A stretch of DNA of 64,000 bases from positions 4,241,483 to 4,305,482 of the forward strand of contig NC_068997.1 of the NCBI RefSeq assembly GCF_001194135.2, in the 5' to 3' direction. The notes under the pieces were generated by a model, which made no database searches, was not told the DNA's origin, and saw only the letters and a list, made by a program, of their open reading frames with translations. Shown here in pieces: positions 1 to 13,004 of this stretch. The position numbers and the translations under genes were made by a program. Within the stretch, counting starts at the first letter, position 1. Every line of letters begins with the position of its first letter. This DNA comes from Octopus bimaculoides (taxonomy: Eukaryota).

Positions 1-54
1 TTTTTTTTTTTTTCCTTCCCACCCCCTCCCAAAAAGAAAAGCTCTACATTGTAT

Positions 55-97
55 TTGTCCCATCTTCGTTGAGCCCTGTGTGGCTAATAAAAGAAAT
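55..97 (+). mobile_element. 3' tail fragment of SINE family A (tail variant 1)
   Basis: ttgtccc...gagccctgtgtggctaataaaagaaat resembles the tail of the full copy at 58363-58596 (ttgtccc...gtagcaccttgtgggtagtaaagaaata); followed by (TATC)n. Confidence 0.45.
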
Positions 98-937
98 GTA
101 TCTATCTATCTATCTATCTATCCATATCCGCTGGGCAGGTGATTCCCACTATTGTACACAGTTTCTCTTCTCTATCACAAATTACTATTTCAGATGTATT
201 ACGTTTACACTGGGACATTCCACCAGTACTCCTTTTTACTATGAATGACTATGGCTTCTACCATACTACAGATTTTTATTTCTTTTGCCTCGATGTTTTC
301 CTTCCGACGGATCTCGTTACGCAGTCCTGTATGTCTGTATATATGTATGTATGTATGTATATACATACATATTAAAATTACAACGTGTTTCACCTCATAT
401 CGACATTGATAAAAATCACAAACTTATAATTCAAGTAAAAGACATTTTCACCTGCTTAAACGTCTAGGGCTCATTTTGAACGTAAACCTAAGGTTTGAAT
501 GATGGCAATCACGTAGGAGCTTTTATAGCCACATCAAGTTTTTAAATCTCCATCTCACTTTCTTTTTTACTTCATAACCGATATTATGCGAACAAAATAG
601 CATTAGCCACGGAGAAATACATTCAGTTTGCATCGGGCCATATCTCTGGACAAATCTTGAATAATGTTGAATAGTTGAAAATAGCTGGACGCGAGTGCAA
701 TTGTTGGTTCGCTATGCATCAGAAACACGTGTCGGTCATATTTAAACAAAATATGTTCTATAACTGACTATTGTTTTTTAAATGTGCAGAGGTACTAATG
801 TTCGTATTTATTGTAATTGTGCTATATATATAGAGATTCAGATGAATATGGTACTTAAGATGAGGCACCAGAATTTAGTATGGTATTATCCACAAAATTT
901 CAAAATAAGGGGATTAAAATCAAAATAAGCAACGAGG

Positions 938-991
<54 letters not shown>

Positions 992-1161
992 TCAAAATAA
1001 GCAACAAGGATATCCAGAGGTAATGCAGTACGATTGTTTCAAGCTACTCTATTTAATTGAACAATGCAATCATTACATCAGATTTTTATTCCCATGCTGG
1101 CCACCTGATAAGATTGGTATTTTAAATAACGACCTTATCCTTATTTATATAAATATATATA

Positions 1162-1510
1162 CAGAGTGCGGAAGGTATTTGAGGACATAACTTTTTGAGT
1201 CATCGCAGCATTTTTTGCTAAGTCCGTATAATCTTTGTTTCAGAAAATAATAATGGCAGACCTTCAGCTTACTCAAAAGATGAAGAGGCATGCTGTTATT
1301 GTGATTATAAAGGTTGAACATAACGATTTAGAAATATCTCAATCTTTAAAAGTTGCCAGATCTTTCGTCTACAAAGTTTGTAAGGAACTAGAGACTGAAG
1401 ATGGAAACGTATCACTAATATCAAAGCATAAAAAGCGTTCTAAATGCTCTGAAATCATCAGAACACCTAAATTTACCCAGTAAGTTCCACAGACGATTTA
1501 TTACAATCCC
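1162..1510 (+). mobile_element. Tc1/mariner superfamily (maT/DD37D-like) 5' fragment: TIR plus N-terminal HTH region
   Basis: Starts TA|CAGAGTG after (TA)n. ORF 1235-1483 MADLQLTQKMKRHAVIV...VARSFVYKVCKEL...IRTPKF is related to the N-terminus of the copy at 30.0-31.0 kb. Truncated by (ATGT)n. Confidence 0.7.
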
Positions 1511-1793
1511 ATGTATGTATGTATGTATGTGTCAACTTAGTTTCCAGCGGCACTGGCTTCCTCGCCGCAGTGACCCTGGCGTAGCGCTCCATACTGGAGA
1601 CACCACCACTTGCTATAGCTGGGGAAAAAATGCAGCGGCTCGCGTGAAATGTAACAGCAATAATTCCACAAAAATCACAATTATTTACAGAGACAAATTA
1701 CAGTAATTCACATAGTTTTCACAAAGTAACACAACAGTATTCACAAAATTCACAGAGACGTTATATCGCTAAGCATTTCGCCCGGCGTGCTAA

Positions 1794-2021
1794 TTCTTAT
1801 TTCTTTTATTGTCCACAAGGGGCTAAACACAGAGGGGACAGACAAACGGATTAAGTCGATCACATCGACCACAGTGCGTAACTGGCACTTAATTTATCGA
1901 CCCCGGAAGGATAAAAGGCAAAGTCAACCTCGTCGGAATTTGAACTCAGAACGTAACGGCAGACGAAACACCGCTAAGCAGTTCGCCCGGCGCGCTAATG
2001 TTTCTGCCAGCTCACCGCCTT
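1794..2021 (-). mobile_element. tRNA-derived SINE family A, full length, tail variant 1
   Basis: Reverse complement aligns end to end with 58363-58596: head ggcg.gagctggcagaaac, B-box-like gagttcaaattcc, core ctttgccttt.atcct...gtcgataaattaagt. Confidence 0.9.
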
Positions 2022-2576
2022 GGGAGAGCTAAATAATCCAATACATTTTAGTGCACGCTTATTTTAGTGAGACCCGTATATCAGCTATAATAACTCTCCT
2101 TTTTTACTAATATCAGCTTTGCTTTATCGCCTAAATTGCCCTCCATAAGCAGTTTATCGCATGAAAGGTTCGCCTCTCGTTAGTGTCCATTTATGTTCTT
2201 TCCGCGATAAACCTTCAAATTTATTTCTCGTTCTTAATGAAAATGATAAAATACTAAAAACATTTTCATAGTTTAAACTAGAATGTTGTATCAGAATTTA
2301 AACACGGGAAACCATAGGGGATTTTTCTGGCTTTCAACCAACTGGCATTGATTAATGCTATAGTATAATATTTAATTGCGCTTTCTTTCCATCCCTCAAT
2401 CCTTCTCTTCCTCTCTCTTTTGCACTTGCTTTTTTTTTCTTCTCATTCGTTTTTATTTAAGCTTTTATATTTACCAACTCGTTTGTGACTAACCACTTAG
2501 CAGCAATTTCCCTGAACGGTTCGACAAACACACCTACGAACATATACATACATACACTTATACAAACACACACACC

Positions 2577-2625
<49 letters not shown>

Positions 2626-3007
2626 TCTCTCTCTTTCTCACACTCTTTCTCTCTTGCTCTCTCTCTTTCTTGCTTTCTGGCACACGTACATACAGACACA
2701 CACGCAAACACACACACACATACACAACATACATTTAGAGATTTCCAGCTAAACTTTGGTGTTATGCATGAAGAAGAATGCAAACGCAAAGTAGAATTGT
2801 CCAAGTGGGTGATGCATTTGACATTGTTGACTGAAATGTTGCACGACATGCAATGTTGTATTACCAACATCAGCTGTCGTTAATTCAGAATTCTATTGGT
2901 GGATTGCTATACGGGGAAGATCTCTGTGTTCTTCTGTCAAACTTCGGCTTATTGACCATTAATTCTAGATGGAATTATTTATTCAAAGAGAGCAATTGAA
3001 TAAAAAT

Positions 3008-3078
3008 ATTTCTTTATTCCTTGTTTTTACTAGTATCAGGCATTGAACTGCAGAGGTACTGGAGCACAGTATTCAAAA
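3008..3078 (-). mobile_element. 3' end fragment of SINE family B
   Basis: Reverse complement resembles ctccagcatggcc.cagtcaaatgactgaaacaagtaaaaga seen at 44940-45000. Confidence 0.45.
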
Positions 3079-3089
3079 GTTTATAGCTT

Positions 3090-3900
3090 TTCCATGTAGT
3101 GACAGGGACTGTGAAGGTTAAAAATAGCTATAACAATAAACTGGGTGGCACGCATATCTTGGTTGTCTTCCATCTTTATAGTAACTGTACTTTGTTGTCT
3201 GGGTGGTCTGTGTACAACATGCTACGGTGGCGCTATTTTATGTACTTTGTAGTTTATTGTGGGGATTGGAGTGGAGGCCTGTACAATCTCCGGAGGATCT
3301 AATATATTATTTGCATATCCGTTATGCCTTCTGTTTTTCTTCTGCTTGAATGTCGTGGCGTCAGTTTCCTTTATTTCAAGCACTTATGCCTTCTCTTGAT
3401 GTGATATAGTTGTGTGCCTGAATATATTGCTTGATGACTCTAGAAGAGATACAGTGAATTTGGTAGGCGCTGGTTAAATTTTTTTTTTCATCGTGTAGCC
3501 TGGTTATTAAAGTAGAACTGAAGTATCTGTGTAGCAGTACGAAGAATGGGGGAAGTATGTGAGTGTGATGTCATCAGTGCATATAGCTGTGTTTTGAGAA
3601 GGCTGTGTCGAGGTAGGCTGAAAAGCATGGATGAGAGAATAGACCCTTGCGGTACTCGATTCAGTTGCCAATGCTTGTAAAGTTGATGGGGGAGGTAGAT
3701 GTAACACTCAAGATATGATCATTGTTTTGTGCACCGAATGAAAGTAGGAGTTAATTTGTTGTTTAACCCAAGGTCAGATATGGTACTTAAAGGTGTAATA
3801 CGAGGAAGCTTTTGCTGTTCTTTCCATCAGACAGCAGGATTACTTTTAACCAGGTGTTATTACTATAATGCTGTTGTGTAATCCTAGTTCTGCTTTGAAT
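3090..3900 (-). mobile_element. Degenerate LINE reverse transcriptase fragment, I/Jockey group
   Basis: Frameshifted motifs in the expected order: RVPQGSILSSMLF, CTDDITLT (YADD-like), LAPTKFTVSLL, KLQSTXNSA, DMRATQF. Confidence 0.65.
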
Positions 3901-4222
3901 GAGAAAAAAACCTATGACCAGTGGTTTGCGGTACTTGTTTCGTTCTTTTCCCTTCTAACCCATTGTGTTATTTTCTGAGAGATTATCAGTTTTAATCGTG
4001 TTTATTAAGATTGTAATCGACGATAATGAATCCCTAAACGAAATGAGGAATCATCCAAATATAAAAGGTGTATGGGTTGAATAAGCAGCATGTGAGGACT
4101 AAAATCAGAAACAATCCCTACAATAGTAGGAAGACAGGAATTAACTAAATAATAGTAATAGAAAGAAGAAGAAGAAGAAGAAGAAGAAGAAGAAGAAGAA
4201 GAAGAAGAAGAAGAAGAAGAAG

Positions 4223-4253
<31 letters not shown>

Positions 4254-4784
4254 TATGCAGCGAATAATGAACATCTTGGATGTGTGTCAGCGAGCTAGCT
4301 GCGAGCAAAGATTAAATCTAAGATCATTGCCAAGTAGGACTTAAGAAACCGCAAAAACAGTGAAAGAAAATTGTTTTAACTAGTAGAACCCGTGTAAATT
4401 CCACGGAATGGAAAAAATTAAATGAACCTTTGAAAGAAAGAAAAGATTATTTTCAATTTTATAGCATTCATAGTTTTGCCTTCTTTAAATAGTTTTGACG
4501 TTCGTCTCCATTAATTTCCTCGCGTCTCCGTCGGTGTTCTTTCCTCTTTTTATTATTTTGTTCTATCATTGTTCCCCTCTCATCTGTGCTCTGTATCTGC
4601 GCATCCTTTCTCGGGCAGCTTACAACCGTGTTTCTTGTGAATCCAGAGTTTAGGCTAAAGTAACCCTTATTAACAAATACCAATTTTATAAGCGAGAATA
4701 CGATAAGTAATTTCACTTATACGTATTCGATGATCGCTATAAAAAAAATAGTTCAATAAAATAAAATACTTTTCAATAGCAACA

Positions 4785-4873
4785 CACCACTAAAACCACC
4801 ACTAAAACCACCACTACCACCACCACTAAAACCACCACTAAAACCACCACTACCACCACCACTACCACCACCG
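4785..4873 (+). repeat. ACC-rich 12-bp-period tandem repeat (accactaaaacc / accactaccacc)
   Basis: Visible tandem units; gives the GGGS/GGFS peptide of ORF 4753-4956. Confidence 0.85.
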
Positions 4874-5220
4874 CTATCTGCCTCTCTCTCGATATAACTG
4901 CCTCTCCTGTCCATTTCTTTCTGTCTACCTTTCCCTTCAACGAACTTTTTAATCACGTGATAAGTATTCTTTCCTCACCCCACCACACGTCGTTAACACT
5001 TCTCTGTCCCTCTTTCTCTCTCCCTCTTTCTCTATCCCTCTTCCTCTCTCTCCTTTTCTCTCTCGTCGTCTTTTTCTCTCGTTCTTAGCTTCTACCTTCA
5101 GCTGACCACGTGACCATTTGGCCTAACTGTATTAACAGTAGTCTCTTTCATTACTCCTTCCTCTCTTCTTTCATTACTCCTTCCTCTCTCTCACTCTCAC
5201 TCTCACTCTCGCTCTCTCTC

Positions 5221-5308
<88 letters not shown>

Positions 5309-5879
5309 TCACTCTTCCCCACCTCCACCTCTAACTTAGAACGGGCGAACGATCAAGCAGATTATTATATAGATGTAAATCATTTCAGGAAACTGAAAAC
5401 GTTCTTTCATATATGAAGTATATAAGGCGTAGTTTCTCCTTGATTCGTTGCCGCAGGAAAACGTGCGATATCCATACATAATAGAACTGAACAAAACTGT
5501 GAGTGCAAGTATTAATCACATATGCATTCTCATTTCTTATTTCTACACATATGCACATTGCTGTTTCTCGCTTATGCATCAACAAATATAATGTTTATAC
5601 TATTCACACAGGAAACTTATAAGCTTCCACACGTGAAATAAACAAACATCGAACACACGGTATTTTAATGACCTTAACAAAAGATGCAAAAACATATTAT
5701 TTTAAACAGTGGAAAAGAGCAATTCTGCTAGGTGAAAAAGTTATAAAGAAGAAAAGAATGGCGGTGGATTTGCGTATGAACTTGCGGTACGAAAAAATCG
5801 CGGGCAATCGCAATACGAAAGAAGCCTTGTCACACGTCCAGAGGTGGTGTTCTTTCAAAAGGTTAACTTTGTAAAGACA

Positions 5880-7470
5880 GACCCACTTCTTAATATCACA
5901 ACCCAAACGAAAAATTACACCAAAAGAGAACGATGGACAGATGACAGTTACATTGAAGTAGTATAGGTATTCTACAATGCAACACAACGCCCAAAACATA
6001 CAGGTATAATAAAAAAAAAACAGATATGGAGGAAACATAATTAAGATATAAAGAAAATAAAAATTCACTTGCAAATGGCCAATGATATACCGTACGAGAA
6101 AGAAAAGTTCCCAAAACCGAAATAGACAGACTCATACAGTAAATATCCAATAAAATAAACAACACCTAAGCTCGTATTACACACACAATACACAATACAA
6201 AGACTAATACAACAAAAGAGTCAGACCAAACCCCGTAACAAAAAATACTAATACAATACAATGTCTGGAAGAGGTTTGTATTTCTAAAAAAACAAACACA
6301 TAAAGACATGAACGCACAATGTTGCACACACTCTTCTCCCTCTGCTCTCCCCCCTCTCCTTTCGCTCTCCTTCTCCCAATTAATAGCATACCAATTCACA
6401 AACTCAAAGCAGACACAGACAAAATATATCTACCCCGCCCAGAAGGAGGCCGTGGCCTGACACATAGAAAACTACTATAAAATAATAACAGTTGAACTAG
6501 AAAAGTACTCAGAAACAGAAAGTGGAAAGCTTCTACATGCAATAAAGTAACATAAGAAAAAGAAAATGCTTCCCTCTATACGCAAGGAGGCGACAAAATA
6601 CAAAAGAGAAACAAACTACACTGATATACTGATCTCAGATGACAACATAGCAGAAATGGTCCAAGTGACAAAAATAAAAACATGAATACAAAACCACAAA
6701 ACATATTAAAGAAGAAATGGTGAGAAAATCACTCCATGGCCAGTAGCCTTCAAGGCTTGACAGAAAAGAAGTGAGCCTAAGTAAAAGCTAACAATGGCTC
6801 AAAAGCTCTGAACTAAAAGCTGAAACGAAAGTATTAATTCTCACAGCACAAGACCAATGCCTGACCGCAAACAACTATAAAAGCAAAATAATGAAAACAG
6901 GCCCTAACACCAAATGCGGAATGTACAACCAGTAGAATGAGACAGCTAACTACATCAGCTCTGTCTGTCCAGCCCATGCTAAATCTGAATATGCATACAG
7001 ACATGACCGAGTAAGTAGTTATATCCACTGGACAACATACCAATACTACAACAAAATCTGACAAGAAATGGTAGAAACTTGTGTGAAACAAGGCACATGA
7101 CAATGACCAGACCACAATCGTTTGGGATATGCCTGTTCATACTAACAACGAAAAAAAAGCTAATAGTCCAGACATAATAATCAAGGATTGAAAAAAAACA
7201 CCTTCTTACTGATAGACATAGCACACCCTTCTGAAAATTGCAGTCGCTTCTCAAAATAGAGCTCAAAAAGAAGTGGACAAATTTTGGAAGTACAAAGACC
7301 TCGAGTATTCAAGATGTGGAACCTAAAGGTGAAAACAATACCAGTAATAATTGGGGCATTAGGCATGATAAAAATAGATATCAACAAAAAAGTAGAAGTT
7401 ATACCTGGACCCTCAACACTACATACTATCCAAAAAATAGCCCTGCTAGGAACAACCTCCAATAACAAAA
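5880..7470 (+). mobile_element. R4/Dong-clade LINE, subfamily A, internally deleted (N-terminus joined to post-RT region, zinc knuckle and RLE)
   Basis: N-terminal RERWTDDSYIEV...IWRKHN; then KADTDKIYLPRPEGGRGL; YRHDRVSSYIHW; SPDIIIKD; KMWNLKVKTIPVIIGALG...KIALLGT. RT core absent. Confidence 0.8.
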
Positions 7471-7474
7471 AAAT

Positions 7475-9350
7475 CCACCCAGCAACGTGAAGGTGTAGTA
7501 GGTGAGGCAGTAGAAATTTCCCTGAAACTATCACATGTTAAATAACATCAGGTGCGTGGTGAGACTGTTACGATAAAAGCACGCACGGACATAATCCTAC
7601 CTCAGTTTATAAAAGATGAGTTTACACAGACACTCTATTGAAAACAGCGTAAGTGAAGAACTTAAGGGGAAGCCTCTCGCTCGGCAGTTGTTGAGTACAC
7701 ATTCAGACTGGCCTTAGTCATTTTTCTAACACAGTATCAGAATATACTAGGAAATGGACCAGTGAAGGGAACAGAGTAGGGATGCAGTGCTACTTGGAAA
7801 TTGAACCCAATATAAGAGGTTACAGAAAACGTATGCTAGAACTTTGGATAGAGAAAAGTATATTTAATGTAACAGAACAGAGACTTGCAGACCAGACAAA
7901 TGCTATAAGGAGAAATAGGATGACAGAATTGGAGGTAGAAGAGATCATAAGAAAACTAAAAAAGAAAGAGCAAGAAGTAGACGAGTCAGGCAACTCAAAC
8001 CTGGACGAAGCAAGATGCATAAGTGACACAGTTCAAGCCAAGGAAAAGCCTACACGAAAAAATAATAGCACTACCAATCAAGAAGGGAAAACGGACACCA
8101 GCGACTTTAGTGAAGAAGGTCAGAAGATTTTAGACGAGTTGAAGTAATTAGTAAAGAAGGAAGAAAAAGATTACCAGCATTAAAACGTGTTGATAGAATG
8201 AAATATCTAGATATCACTAAGAAAGTAGATTCTGTTATCAGTAGGAGAGATACTAACAATATAGGTGACATTAACTTATTGATTTATGCAGGAGAGATAG
8301 TAGTTACAAGCTAACTAGGTATTCCTCAAGGAAAGAATAGGAAGGAACATATGTGGAAAAGGAGATTAGAAAACAATGCAGAATTTAACAACGTTTGAGT
8401 AGAATAGAAGCCTGGAAACAAGACGAGTTAAGAAACACAATATTTAAATTTCTCTTGAGAAAAAATACTTTGTTAAAGGGAAAGGATTTGGGATAGTCGT
8501 GGATATAACAGCGTATCATAGCAATATAGGTATGTTTTCTAGATATTAGAAAAGAATATATTTGTATCGATAGAACAGCTTGTTTCAGACAGGTCTGAGG
8601 TTTTATCGCCAAATAAATAGTGTAGGAGAAACTACTGAAGATGAGACAATGCAGAAAAAGAGAGTTCTGGAGATATATTTGGGATAAGCTAGTTAATGAT
8701 AATGGTGTTGTAACATGGTTAAAGAAAGTGGGGGAAGAAGTAGCTGCTGAGAAGCAGCCAGATATAAAAAAACTAACTAGTGCATTTATGAGTAAAGTGT
8801 TAGGAAGAATGCCGAATTCGAAAGGCCCCGGGACCAGATTTAGTTCAAGGGAATTGCTTAAAGAATTTTAGTACCTTACATGGAAGATTGACGGAGCAAC
8901 TTCAGGATTGCCTGGATGGAGGAATCATACCTAATTGGATGATTAGAGGATGAATAGTACACTTTATAAAAGACAAAAGCAAGATCAATATAGCTAGTAA
9001 TTATAGACCAATCACTTACTATTGATGTGGAAAATGTTAACAGGAATGCCCTCAGTAAGCACTTATGAGCACTTGACAGCCAGAATTTACAACCGGAAGA
9101 ACAGAAATGTTGCAGGAAAAAGACTAGATGAACGCATGATCTATAATACATAAACAAAGCAGTTCTGAAAGAAGTGAAATCAAAAAAGAAAATTTTAACA
9201 ATAGCATGGATAGTTTATAAGAAAGCCTTGACATGAGTCCACACTCATGAATAAGTGAACGTTTGAGAATATTCAGTATTATAGACAATATAAGAGAGTT
9301 AATTAGCTATAGCATGAATAAATGGAAAGTAGATCCCTGATCAGGTGGTA
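7475..9350 (+). mobile_element. R4/Dong-clade LINE, subfamily 4: 5' region, N-terminal domain and RT domains 0-3; 3'-truncated
   Basis: RKWTSEGNRVGMQCYLEIEPNIRGYRKRM...EQRLADQ; RMPNSKGPG; NYRPIT; EQKCCRK; many stops and frameshifts. Confidence 0.88.
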
Positions 9351-9351
9351 C

Positions 9352-10545
9352 AGCCATTAAAATAAACACACTAGATTGTTCATTTACAAAGTCATGTGAT
9401 AAGGAAAAGGGGGAAGAAAGACAGAGAGAAAAATAAAAATAAAGAAGTAAACAAAGAAAATAAAGAGGAAAAAGGGAAATAATTTTTCACAACGACAATG
9501 CTCTTCTCAATACGTGTGACGTACCAGTTAAGACAATCTTTTGCACTTCTTGCATGGATGGTAAGCCAAGGATCGTTCTTAAATAGTTTTCTTTTACTTT
9601 TTTGATCATTCCAAGTGCTCCTACAATCACTGGTATTGTAACCGTCTTGAGATACCACATGTTTTCGATTTCAATTAGCAAATCTTCATATTTTCTGAGC
9701 CTTTCAAATTTTTTTGCCGATATATTATGGTCGCAGGGTATGCTCATGTCAATCAATAAACATACTTTATTGTTTTGGTCTTTCACAACGATATCTGGTT
9801 TATTTGCATTGATGGTCCGGTCAGTACATCCTGGAAAGTCCCAAAAGTTACATTTTTTCCCTCAGTTACAGCCGAAGCGTGATGCTTGTACCATTTGTCA
9901 GCAGTTTTGATTTTATAATGCCGACACATTATCCTATGTAGATATTGGCAAACTCTGTCATGTCTTGATTTGTACTCTACAGGTGCTAAATCCTTACACT
10001 CAAAGAATAGGTGGTCCACTATTTCAATCCTGTCGTTGCAGTATCGGCATTTTGGGTCTACACCATTTTTCATCACATTGGCTTGGTAGTTCCGGGTCAA
10101 TAAGCTCTGATCTTATTGTTAGATGTCTCAAGATATTGTTAGATGCTTCAAGATATTTTGCCAGTCCAATTGTGGTCGTTTTGTAAGAGATTTGAAATTG
10201 GATCAGGCCTCGACTCCTTTGAGCTCTGGGTAAGTAAAGACCATCTGCGTCTGTCTTTGGGTGGTGCATCTTATTGAAAGTCAGCAGCTTGCGCATTTTC
10301 CTGTCAATCTTCCTTATTTTGCTCATATTCAACATTGAAACTGCAAATATCAACCGGAACTGCTAAGGAATTTATAGCTAACACATTGTTACGTGCATTT
10401 AACTTGGATTTTAGGACTGCTCAAAATCTCCTATCGCATTCTTTCCTGATCTTTTTCATGCTTGCATGCTGAATGCCAGAACCCACATTTATTTCGAGGT
10501 ATTTCTAAGTTTGTTCCTGCTCGAGTTCTTTTATGATCCGTTTGT
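9352..10545 (-). mobile_element. R4/Dong-clade LINE, subfamily 2: RT C-terminus, CCHC knuckle, RLE and 3' UTR
   Basis: KYLEIN..GIQHASMK; HHPKTDADGLYLPRAQ; CRYCNDRIEIVDHLFFEC; RHDRVCQYLH; LLIDMSIPCD...VIVGALG...GTSHVLRRALSL. 3' UTR matches 61140-61520. Confidence 0.9.
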
Positions 10546-10569
10546 CAGCCGACCTCGTAATGATGATTG

Positions 10570-10940
10570 TCCCATGCCCTCCTTTAATCGGGCTGGCAAG
10601 GCAGTTTTACTTTGTCTGGTGGCTGTAGCGAAAGAGGTTATCTGGTGGAGGAGGCTGAAAGGAATGAGGACAGAACATTACTCTTTGGTAAAGCCCTCAT
10701 CGACTTTTTCAAGTTTCACTTGAAAAGGAAAGTGAGGATGGAGAGAGAGTGGTATGTCCTCCAGTGAATTTATGAACAAGTGGGTGAAAGTTGCGAAAAT
10801 GGCAACAGTTGATGGTACCATCCCCAGTGCAGACCTGTGAGTCGGAAGAAAGAAGCTGAAAAGGATTTTCGTCAGGGGTATTCAGGGTGATGTTGGATGG
10901 TGGGGTTCCTTGATTATCCCTGGAAGTCCTCCGGTATCAA
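10570..10940 (+). mobile_element. Probable L1/Tx1-clade LINE 3' end
   Basis: LLCLVAVAKEVIWW.RLKG, then FFKFHLKRKVR.ERE...KWVKVAKMA resembles Tx1 C-termini; followed by a UTR-like stretch with a small hairpin (ccttgat/atcaagg). Confidence 0.5.
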
Positions 10941-10944
10941 GGGG

Positions 10945-12432
10945 ACTCCATCACTATCACTTTGATAAATCAAAGGGAAAATGACAGAAACATCTAACGT
11001 TAACCTTGACCAGCAGAATGTCATAAAAGAGTTAGAACCAGCAGAGAGCTACAAATACCTAGGGGTAATTGAAGGGGACGGAATCAAACATTCAGTGATG
11101 AGGGAAAGGATCAGAAGAGAATGTTATCGCAGGGTAAGAGCAATACTGAAGACGGTGCTGAACGCAAGAAACAGGATCGAAGCGATCAATGCTTTAGCCA
11201 TACCAGCCTTGACTGACAGTTTCAATGTCATTAACTGGTCAATTACTAAAATATGTAATCTTGACAGAAAGATACGAAAACTGTTGACAATGGATAGAAT
11301 GCACCACCCTAAGGCAGATATAGATTGACTTATCTGCAAAGAAAACAGGGAGGCTGTGGACTTTTACAACTGGCATTAACAATGAAGATTGCCACAATCG
11401 TCCTGGACACCTACCTGAAAAACTCTGAGGACTGGATGTTAAAACTTGTCTCAAAACATGAAAACAAGAAAGCGTCATAATCAGTAACAAAACAGGCAAA
11501 GGAATATCTAAGTGAATTCCAAATACAGCAAATTCCAGAATTAGATGTACGAGAAACAAGCACAGAAAAAGCTAAGCGCATGAAAACCCATGCTAAAACT
11601 GTTGCCTTAGATATTCTGACTGATAAATGGCAAGAAAAACCTCTCAATGGCAAAAACCCAAAGAGAGCAAATAATACTGATGTTGAAAAAGCCCTTACCC
11701 ATCAATGGCTAATGATTAAAATGAGAAACAGAAGGGGTTATCATAGCAGCTCAAGATCAATGCCTACCCACAAGGAACTATCAGCCCAACATATTAAAGA
11801 ACGGCAGCTTCCCAATAAGTCGTGTATGTCAACAACAAAATGAAACCATTGATCATGTTGTCTTCATGTACAGTTTTCTTGCACCTACAGAATATCTCAA
11901 CAGGCATGATAGAGCTACACAATATATTCACTGGGTAATTTTCAAAAACCTGGACTTGCCCCATGATAAAAACTGGTGGGAACACAAACCACCTCCAGTG
12001 CTTGAAAATGATCACATCTCACTCTTCTGGAACTTCACTATTCAAACTCACAGAAAGTGAAAGACTTCAAACAAAAATCATGCCTCCTCATTGATATGGC
12101 TGTCTCAATCGATATAAACGTATCTGTCAAGACCTACCAAAAACTGAGCAAGTATAAAGATCTTGAAATAGAAATTAGCAAAATGGGGAACCTCATGACT
12201 AAACAATACCTGTTGTCATAGATGCCCTGGGAATGATAGCAAAAGGGGCTGATTGCTACCTGGATCAGATATCAGGAAACCGCAAAATAGCAGAAATTCA
12301 AACGATAGTGCTCATGGGAACAGCCCATATCTTAGGCAAAATATTTTCTATGTAATCTCAAATTTTAAAATAAACATAATTTTCTTATGATTTCTTAAAC
12401 ATTCTCTAGAACAACACTAGGTACAAAACCAA
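10945..12432 (+). mobile_element. R4/Dong-clade LINE, subfamily 3, 5'-truncated: RT C-terminus, CCHC, RLE, partial 3' UTR
   Basis: ORF 10981-11328 SYKYLGVIEGDGIKH...MHHPKADID; CRVCQQQNETIDHVV; YLNRHDRATQYIHW; closely similar to 35355-36228. Confidence 0.92.
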
Positions 12433-12767
12433 CGATGAAAAATCAATATGAGAGGAATAAAAAATACCAAAGTATCAGGACCTTGTCATTGAATTATAGA
12501 GACTATGGGAAGTGAGGGTAAAATGTATCTCAGTAGTTATAGGTGCAGTGGGAACTACCCCTAAAGATTTGAACAGATGGGTGGAGGAAATAGACATAAA
12601 ACCCAGCTTAGTACAGCTCCAGAAAACAGTGCTATTGGGGACAGCCAGGATACTTAGGAGGGTTCTTGGCACCTAAGTTTACCTGTTGTAACCCGATGCT
12701 AGAAATGTTTTCTTTTCCAACAGTCTAATTTGTTGAGTGTATATGAAAATATTAATAATAATAATAA
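12433..12767 (+). mobile_element. R4/Dong-clade LINE extreme 3' end (RLE C-terminus, UTR, (TAA)n tail)
   Basis: KYQ.DLVIEL.RLWEVRVKCISVVIGAVGT...LQKTVLLGTARILRRVLGT*, short UTR, then aataataataa. Confidence 0.85.
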
Positions 12768-12979
12768 CCCTTTCTACTATAGGTACAAGGCCTAAAATTT
12801 GGTATGAGGTAACTAGTCGATTATATCGACCCAGTTTCACTGCTACTTAATTTATCGACCCCGAAAGGATGAAAGACAAAGTCGACCTCGGCGGAATTTG
12901 AATTCAGAACGTAAAGACGGACAAAATGCAGCTAAGCATTTTGTCCGGCGTGCTAACGATTCTGCAAGCTCGCTGTCTT
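12768..12979 (-). mobile_element. SINE family A, tail variant 2
   Basis: Same head and core as other A copies; tail reads aggccttgtacctatagtagaaaggg then (TTA)n on the sense strand. Confidence 0.88.
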
Positions 12980-13004
12980 CCTAATAATAATAATGATAAT
13001 AATT

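Noticed and set aside
1530-1650. GC-richer stretch suggesting an LTR end or primer-binding site
   Set aside because: No paired LTR, no convincing tRNA complement and no pol motif.
4753-4956. Gly/Ser-rich ORF (GGGSGGFSGG) resembling structural proteins
   Set aside because: 68 codons driven by an ACC tandem repeat, with no splice or homology support.
7669-7690. aagcctctcgctcggcagt, conserved at 7.67 kb and 60.58 kb, resembles the HDV ribozyme P3/L3 (AGCCUCCUCGCUGGC) near a LINE 5' end
   Set aside because: P1, P1.1, P2 and J4/2 could not be built consistently in both copies. The motif also reads ASRSA, like the N-terminal RSAS peptide of R4/Dong proteins. An HDV descriptor search on the consensus would settle it.
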